From positions 3,038,001 through 3,102,000 of the forward strand of contig NW_027117338.1 of assembly GCF_038025025.1 (NCBI RefSeq): 64,000 nt of DNA, in the 5' to 3' direction. Made by a program: the position numbers and the translations under genes. The notes beneath the pieces are model-generated. The model was not told the origin of the DNA and did not search any database. It saw only the letters and a program-made list of their open reading frames with translations. The stretch comes from Phyllosticta citribraziliensis. Its lineage: Eukaryota. Positions 56,714 through 64,000 of this stretch are shown here, piece by piece (positions within the stretch are counted from its first letter, which is position 1; each line of letters starts with the position of its first letter).

Positions 56714-57911
56714 TCAAGTCGACACCTTCTCCTTCTCTTTGTGAGATTCCTCGGCTGAAACTCCCACCCTCCGCCTCTCTTGCGCCTTTTCTTGGCGTTG
56801 CTGATCCAGCGTGTTTCGTTGGGCAATGCTCTCATCGTGGCTCTTCCATTCGATGCGAGTGTCTGGTGGCAGCGCCAGGACGCGCTTGATCGTCTCTCTG
56901 TACCGAGTTAGCACCCTGCGGGATCCGCTCAAGCCGTGTACGAACCGTATCTTGACATTGCGCCCTCCATCGTTCTTGGTCCAGACACTGAAGACGTCCT
57001 CGCCACTCCTGACGCTCACCACAGCTCCGCACACCTCCTCCCCAGCCTCCGCAAACTCGTTGCCAATCAGCGCAAAGAGAAGGCTCTCCCAGTACCTGTC
57101 GGCGACCCCCTTTTTCAACCTCATTATCCATTTCCCTCCCTTCTTGTTCTCGTCATCCTCCCAAACCGGCCTGATGCCCTCCTTGAAAAAGTGGTAGTCG
57201 GACACTGTCGGGAGCATTGACGGCCGCTTCAGGTGGCGAAACACTTTGACAAAGTCTTGCGCCGTGGCCATGCGCAGCATCTTGACCGTCGACTTTTCAT
57301 AGTCGGAGTTTTTGGACGTGGGCGGGCGGTACCAGACGACCCAGGTGAACTTGAGCGGGGCGGGAACATCCCAGCTCAGGTCTCCTGACACGGCCTTGAC
57401 ATCCGTTGTTCCCTCTGGCACCGCCTTTGCCGGAGTCGACACGGTCGCCTTGCTCAATGGCTTGTCAGCCTTGGGGGCCGGCGTCGAGGGCGACGGCGCA
57501 ACGGCAGCAGCGGCCTTTGTGAAGTCAAAAGCTGTGCCTGGGGTTTTTGGCGTCTTGGTGGCGGATCCAAACGAGGCAAAAGCTCCCGAACCAAGTCCAA
57601 AGGCTGTCGAGGCTCCAGATGTCGGCGAAGATATGCTAGCCGTGGCTAAAGGCGGGATGGCGTTGAACGGGTTGGACCTTCCGCCGTGCGAGGAGCTCCC
57701 GCTACCGAATCGTTTGGTACTGGAAAAGTCGCGTGTGGGGTGTTCGCCTTTGTTTTCGTTGTGGTCTGTGTGATTCATGGACAGGGAGAGCTTGGAAGTG
57801 CTAGAAGCAGGGTCAGCGAGCGGCTCGCAACAAGTGCGCCGACGGGCTTGGGGAGGGGGGTGCAGCTCACTTTGAGCGGCGGGTCCAGAGGTTCTCCCTG
57901 TCTCTGTCCAT
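56714..57911 (-). CDS. Class II-like (4EHP-type) eIF4E cap-binding protein; exons 57911-57871, 57800-56946, 56897-56714
   Basis: MDRDRENLWTRRSNTSKLSL N-terminus; core TWVVWY..DYEKS, DYHFFKEGIRPVWED..GGKW, EVCGAVVSVR..SVWTK, EWKSH. Confidence 0.9.
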
Positions 57912-59572
57912 TGAGGCAAAGCTACAGCTTCAGCGAAGAGAGGGCGAGGGCGCGAGGGCACGAGGGGGAGGGCGGCGAGGGAGTCGGGTTGGAGGTGGCA
58001 GAGCTTGGTTAACTGCTCAGGATGATGGCGGCGGGACAATGGCGAGAGCAAAGGTGATGTGATGGGTGGGCGGTCGGTGGCAGCGGCGGAGTGGTGGAGG
58101 AGGGGGCGGTGGTGTTCAAGGGGTTGCAGATGGCCAGGGTGGAAGTTGCGAGGTGAGGTAGGTGAGGTGGTGTTGGTGTTGGAGGTGGTGGTGGTGGTGG
58201 TGATGGAGAATTGCGTTAGGTTGCGGGAAAGATGTCGCCTCGCGCCGGTGCAGTGCGTGTTGGCTGTGCTTGGGTCCCGGTCAGGTCCAGTGCAGTGCAG
58301 CGCGCGCCAAGAAAAAGCCGACTGGTCGACGCTTAAAAACTTTGTCCCTGGCCCAACGGCCTTCTCTCCTTTCACAAACAACAAGACCACCAACTCAAAT
58401 CATCGCCAGCGCGACTTCCTCTGGGACCTCTGTGCCGCTGGCGACTCCGATGCGTAGGTCGAGAGCACGCTCAACCCACTTCTAAAACCATCATCACGAG
58501 GGCCCCTCTGCGCGGCGCCCATGATGCGGTGATGACCTGAAAGATGGGACATGACGACGGCGACGGCGACGACACTTGAAATTTCTTGCCAGACACACAT
58601 CTACTTTATGTACCTGAGTCTGACACTGCGCTGCCTCCGCTCAGCTCAGCAATTGCCTGCGGGCCTGCGGGCGTGATTCTGCAATGCAGCCCGTCTTGAT
58701 CTCGTCGCCGGCTCTCCACACAATCCTTTGTATGCGACCCTTTATTGGACATGACGTGAACGAGGCTGGATGGCTGGCTGTCTGCTGCAAGGGCCTCGGG
58801 ACCACCACATTCCTGTAAGTGCGGCTTGCATGTCCTTCCTTTGTCGTCTCTTGGTGATGACAGTATTTCTGGTAATCCAACTGGCACAGCCGCCACTACA
58901 CTGCGCGCTGGTTGTGCATGCGGTCAACTGGCAAACCAAGTCTGAAGAACAAGAGCGACGTTTGCATTCGTTGCGCCACTATGAACCTCACACTGCGACG
59001 ACGCTCGACTGACTCGTCACATCTGCAATAGACTCGAAAAGGACATGAGGGCAGACGTGTGAGTGGCTCTGACGGTGGCATGCGCAACGGGGCGGGGAAA
59101 ACGTGTCAACAGGCCTCAAGGCGCCCGGGGAGGAATCGAGGGAGTCGAGCTCGAGCAGCGTGAGACGGGCAAATAATGCAGACATGGACCATTTGGACGT
59201 TGATGTTCTCGTGATGTACGGTGCATTGGGTGTACGGGCATGTGGTCGCATACGTCATGGGCATTCCCGCTGGACGCGATCGGTGCTCTGAGCAGAGGTC
59301 AGGTCCCGCCGCGGCAACCACCCACCAGCAGTGCCAGTGTGGCAGGGCTACCGTATCTGACTCCGGCCCACCTCTGCTCACCATTCCATTCCATTTCCAC
59401 GCAAAGATCACCCTCTGCTCACTTTCCCCTCCACCACCCCTCCTGCCATCCCGACTGCCGACGTCGACGCTTTCGCTGCCGTCTCCCATCTTCTACCCAC
59501 AGCAGCTTTGCCAAACACCTCACCCTCCACCGCGCTTGCGCCCGCCAGCTGTCCATCCGTCCCGTCGCAACA

Positions 59573-60534
59573 ATGACCCAGCACTCTCCGCGAAGCCAGC
59601 AGCCCTTGCACTCGCCGCCCCACCATCACGGCAATGAGCGCCCCAGAGGTACGTCCCGTCTGTCAAGAGCTCGCCCGTCTTGCCTGCATAATGTCTGGTG
59701 TTTGCAAACGATGCTGACACGTGCTGTTACAGGCATTCTCAAGAACCCCTCCTACTCGCACCCCTCTACCTCGCCTCCCAGCGAGGCTCCTCCGCCCGTG
59801 GTCGTGCCCACTGAGCGCCCGCAGGTGAACAGGGAGATGTCGGAAAAGGAAATCGTGCTGCAAAACACCATCCAAAACGCCGGCCACCGTCGCTCGTCGT
59901 CTGCCGCTCGCGGCCCTCCGTCCCGCCGTACATCCACAACCCCGATCCACTCTCAGGTTGACGAGAACAGCCCGCGCTTGAAATGGGACGAGGCCAACCT
60001 CTACCTGACCGAGCAGCAGCGCGATAGCACCATGAAGATTACCGAACCCAAAACTCCCTATGCCAGACAATACGACCCTACCGAGGACGAGGAGGAAATC
60101 AGCGCCCTCAACGCCGAGGAGCTCATGGTTGACGAGCTCGACAAGACCAAGCCCAAGAAGAAGACCTCCAAGGAAGAAGAGATTCCCGGTCTCGATCTTG
60201 GTGAGCCCGAGGTAGAGCAAGCAGTCCCTCAGACGCCCGACGGCGACAAGCGCGTCATTGTCGACCCCGACTACATGGATGAGGGTAGGCACGGCGAGGA
60301 GATGGCAGACATGACCAAGGAAGAAATGGAAAAGCACCGTCAGTTTGAGCAGGCGCGCAAGAAGCACTACGAGATGAAGAACGTCAAAAGCCTGCTAGCG
60401 TATGCTTCCCAACTGCCACCTCACGCGACCGATGCTGACCGCTAGACAGACACCCAGAGGAGCTACTAGCCGACGACGAGGAGGAAGACGAGCAGCCGCC
60501 GCCCATGCCCACGGCTCCTGTCAATGGCAGATGA
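59573..60534 (+). CDS. GLC8: Protein phosphatase 1 inhibitor-2 (Glc8/IPP-2); exons 59573-59648, 59733-60399, 60450-60534
   Basis: GILKN (SILK motif), [29 protein letters not shown]. Confidence 0.9.
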
Positions 60535-63146
60535 GGAACAATTCCCATGACTGCCGTCTCGCCCAACCTCTTTCGCCGCTTTAGCTTCACTATACCCAGC
60601 ACGCCTTCTTCAAGTTGAGAATTATTCTGCTTTACTGAGGAACCCAGCTACATGATGTTTCCCGTTCACACCTCCCTACAACACACTCCGCATTCGGACG
60701 GCGTCTCGGATTGCAGGCCACGTTTGCCTTCAGGAAAGGCCCGGACATGATTTTTTCTTCTTCGTACTCGTCTCCAATTCAGCCCCTCTCCAGTCCTCTT
60801 TCCCGCTCCCCAGCAGCCTTTTTCTGTCGTTCACTCGGTTCTGACACGGTCTGCAATCGAAAACCACCAAACCCTCACATGTACACGTCCTGTTCCTGTG
60901 CAGCAGCAGCTGCTGAGCTTGAGTAGAAGAAAAGAAAAATCCCTCGTGTCTCCATGCCGCGCCGCCACAGTCTCTTCCGCGTCTCTCGTTCAGCTTTCAT
61001 CGTTGTCCTCGTTTCGAGAAAATCGCGGGCCTTGATCAAGCTCCTACATGTATGAAATCGTCGTAGCAACAAACGGATGCTGATTTAACTTTGGGGGGGA
61101 ATATCTATCTGTGCTTTCGCTATCTGAAAAATCTCTTTCCCCTTGGCCGCCTGTGTATGCTGGCAGTCGTCTGGCCCGGCTTGTCTTGTCTACATGTAGC
61201 TCCCGGGCGGTTGGGTAGCCTCACGGCTGCCAGCTCACTCGACTCGGCCAGCCCCCGCCTGCGGTAGCCTCACCTCCGCGCAGCGATATCCTTGTTTGCT
61301 CTGGCGGCGGTTGGTGGATGCGTGACGTGGGAGCTGTCTGTCGTCTTCTGTGCTGACTGGATGGACGGATGGATGCACTTTCTCTACGATATTCTGGAGA
61401 AAGGTGTAGCGTTTTCGCTCTGCTTGCTTGATTGCTTGCGGCCAATGATTTGAAGCGGATAGAGAGGACGGCAGGGCTTGTATGCCGTATGGATGAGATG
61501 GATATGCGCTGGTACATGTAGTTGTCCTATATACATCCATACATCCATCCACATCACCACATCTACTCATACCACTATACCGTACTAAATTGCCTTCTTA
61601 CCGACCACTAGTAGACAGGCAGACAGGCAGGCATGCAGATGGGCTAGACGACCAGGTGGCTGTGCCTGAAACGCCGCGTGCGGCAAGGCCTTGCCGGGCC
61701 AAGCCTGTTGGGACGATGCCGAAACCTTGAAGCTCGTCTGCCGCGCGCCCGCGCGTTGCGCGCGGGTGCTATAGCTACTTGCATGTATTCATACTGTGCA
61801 GTGGTGTATGTATGTAGACAGCCACCAGTAGGGCAGGGCAGGAGAAGAGGCGATTTGCCGGACTGCGACGGACGGAGAGTGAATACGTGCCCTGCCCGTC
61901 CGACGTGAGTTGGCGGTTGAAAATTTCACGCATCAACATGGTGGTTGGAGTCGAGTCGAGATGGCAGTGGCCGCTCTCGTCCTGGCCTGTCTCCAACGAC
62001 TGTGCGCCATGCTGTCCAGCCAGCCAGCCACTGATTACGCGGTTCATCAATTTGTCCAGCAGCCACGTCGTCGAGGCTGACCTGCCAGCTTGCTGCAAGA
62101 CGACCCAAAAGCTGACCCGGCACGCCCGCGTCATAGACAGCATCATCTTCGTTGGTGACACTGCACAAGCAAGACGTCTGGGTACGTTTGAACCGAGCAA
62201 GCAAGCCCGCACAGGACAAAAATCAAACAAGAAAAAAGAAACAAAATCGGGCATGTCGGGCCCCTCTGACACCGCCCACGCAACGTATAGGTGCGCGGCC
62301 AGCTCTTATGGGTCCCGCGAGCGATAAAACTCCTCCGTCTGCGCACCGCTGAATCGCTGGACAGCAATGGATAACCAGGCAAAGCGACATGACGCCGCGT
62401 TTGCGAGTGGCTGCTGAGAAGAACTGTCTGATGGGTGCGTGACGAGAGAAAGGAGGAGTTGTGAGAATTGGAAGGGTTTTGATGAGCCGCTGCGCCGCTA
62501 GTGCCGGAACGGTTAGTGCGGTGCGGGCCGGCGGCGAAGCGAGCGATGAGGACGGATGATGTAGTGGCCGCTGCTGCTGTCGACTGCACCCGCAGAGGGT
62601 CGACTGGTGCTTCGCCTTGTGCTCTGAACTCCCTCGATTGCTCAGTTGGGTGCTTTTTCTGCTTTGCTTCCTCTTGGCTTGGTCAAACGACTCCCGCATC
62701 ACTTGTCCTTCAGCGCAAATATGGCGCCATTTCGCTCCTCCTCCAAGCGCTTGCCATCGGTTAGTTACTGCTGAAGGCAGCTCGTGTCGCAAGCGCAGGA
62801 AGAAAGCTCGAAAGGCAGTCAATCTTGCAACGGTTTCCGATGGACTCGTGGAGAGCCCTTTTTGACAGCTTTGGTTAAGAAGGTCGCGGATGGATGCCCT
62901 TCTCAGCACCCGGTCTTGACCTGACCTCGTCTCTCATGAAAAGCCCAGGAGCCGAGAGGATGGGGGATGTTCGCTGTCACTGTGGTTGGACATCGCTTCG
63001 ACAAAGATGGCGGCAATATCACACTTGACGCTCGTGTCTTGCTGCGTTCGTTTCGAAGCCATTGTCCGCATTCTCTTGGTCGACAATCGTATTCGTAGCC
63101 CTGGTGCTCTGCCGAGATCTTGTGAGTTTTCGACTATCAATCAGGC

Positions 63147-64000
63147 TCACAAGAAGCAAGACGGTGCTGACGTAGAATTACCCGGTAGCCTCTCCCTCTC
63201 CCTTGTTTGATATGGGGATCGTCTCTGGAATGGTGTCGTCTGGCCTCGAGTCATCCAGACCGATACAGGACAAACAGGAAAGCCTTTCAGCAAAGCAGCC
63301 GAATCTGTTGTCTGGAACTTTTTCAGGTCTCCGGTCTCCAATCCGAGTGCTTTTCTTGGCTTCTCCAGTGCCAGAAACAAATATCGGATGTTTTTGAATT
63401 TGCGCTTCGACTTGAGATACAACTGTCTGGTCGGATGGGGCATGGTCCAGCCCCCGCTGTTGTCTCCATGCTCTTGGCATAGCCTGAATTGGATCCTATC
63501 CAGCCACGGCTCAGGAAAGTGCCACGAATATGACAGGCCCTTCGGACGGATATCAACTACGCCCTCCGAGAACTTTTGAGCAACCATCATGTCCGCCTAA
63601 GCGGAGTCGGACATTGGCCATGATCCGTTTTCCATAGTGAGACTGGAAGGGACCCTGATATCAACGTCAGCTTCTCTTTCCTCGTCACTACAAGGGCGCC
63701 CAAAAAAGCTACTCACACCATCGGGCGGCTTTCTAAATCCGCTCGGGTCTTACAACAAGGAGAGCGGACATTGACTGATATCAAGAACGGTGGAGGGGTT
63801 GACAGGTAGAGCTGTTCCATATTCGGTTGTGATCTTCCAACGTTTTGTGGCCTGCTCATCGTCACAAGGGAGCGGTGAGATCGACCGACGGCTGGAGAAC
63901 CTGGAATGAGACCGTCCAAACCAGAAAGTGAAATCTTTCCATTCTGGATCTCGTTGCAAGAGCTCGCAGTGTCTGCCTGTTGCTTCAAGAACATCTTTTC
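63147..64000 (-). pseudogene. Possible disrupted or partial gene running in from beyond the window edge
   Basis: Intron-like GTGAGT..CTGAC..CAG near 63715-63655, then an in-frame TAG (~63597) just upstream of the 147-aa ORF 63590-63147; no family recognised. Confidence 0.25.

Noticed and set aside
4755..60534. Functional clustering of cell-cycle and genome-maintenance genes (CDC23, ligase, RTT109, SnaD-like, Ulp2-like, GLC8)
   Set aside because: Interspersed with unrelated housekeeping genes; consistent with ordinary core-chromosome gene order

Overview
Eukaryotic, intron-containing DNA from a filamentous ascomycete (Pezizomycotina). Short GT-AG introns with CTRAC branch points, GC-rich coding and microsatellite-rich intergenic DNA suggest a Dothideomycete; that assignment is inference. 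About 22 protein genes could be reconstructed by hand with splice sites. Most are housekeeping: CDC23, ERG20/FPPS, MRPL15, RTT109, SnaD-like, LCL2, NOP10, NOB1, TLG1, a PQ-loop protein, an AIG2-like protein, a Ulp2-like SUMO protease, a class II-like eIF4E and Glc8/I-2. The rest are an esterase + Baeyer-Villiger monooxygenase pair, a fungal-type ATP-dependent DNA ligase-like gene, a DUF1295/steroid-reductase-like gene, a DUF3405 gene, an S10 carboxypeptidase and two unassigned genes. The most unusual feature is the gene-free stretch at ~9.9-12.5 kb. It holds a highly diverged tandem array of five ~560-630 bp units, and what recurs in every unit is a back-to-back pair of TATA boxes (minus-strand then plus-strand, 132-177 bp apart), usually with TGAC/GTCAC motifs between them. 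It looks like a periodic array of bidirectional promoters whose transcripts would converge over non-coding ~420-470 bp bodies. Also notable is an eIF4E that keeps its cap-binding residues but has lost the conserved dorsal eIF4G/4E-BP-binding residues. No tRNA, rRNA, CRISPR or intact transposon was seen. All calls come from reading the sequence and recalling motifs; no searches were run.
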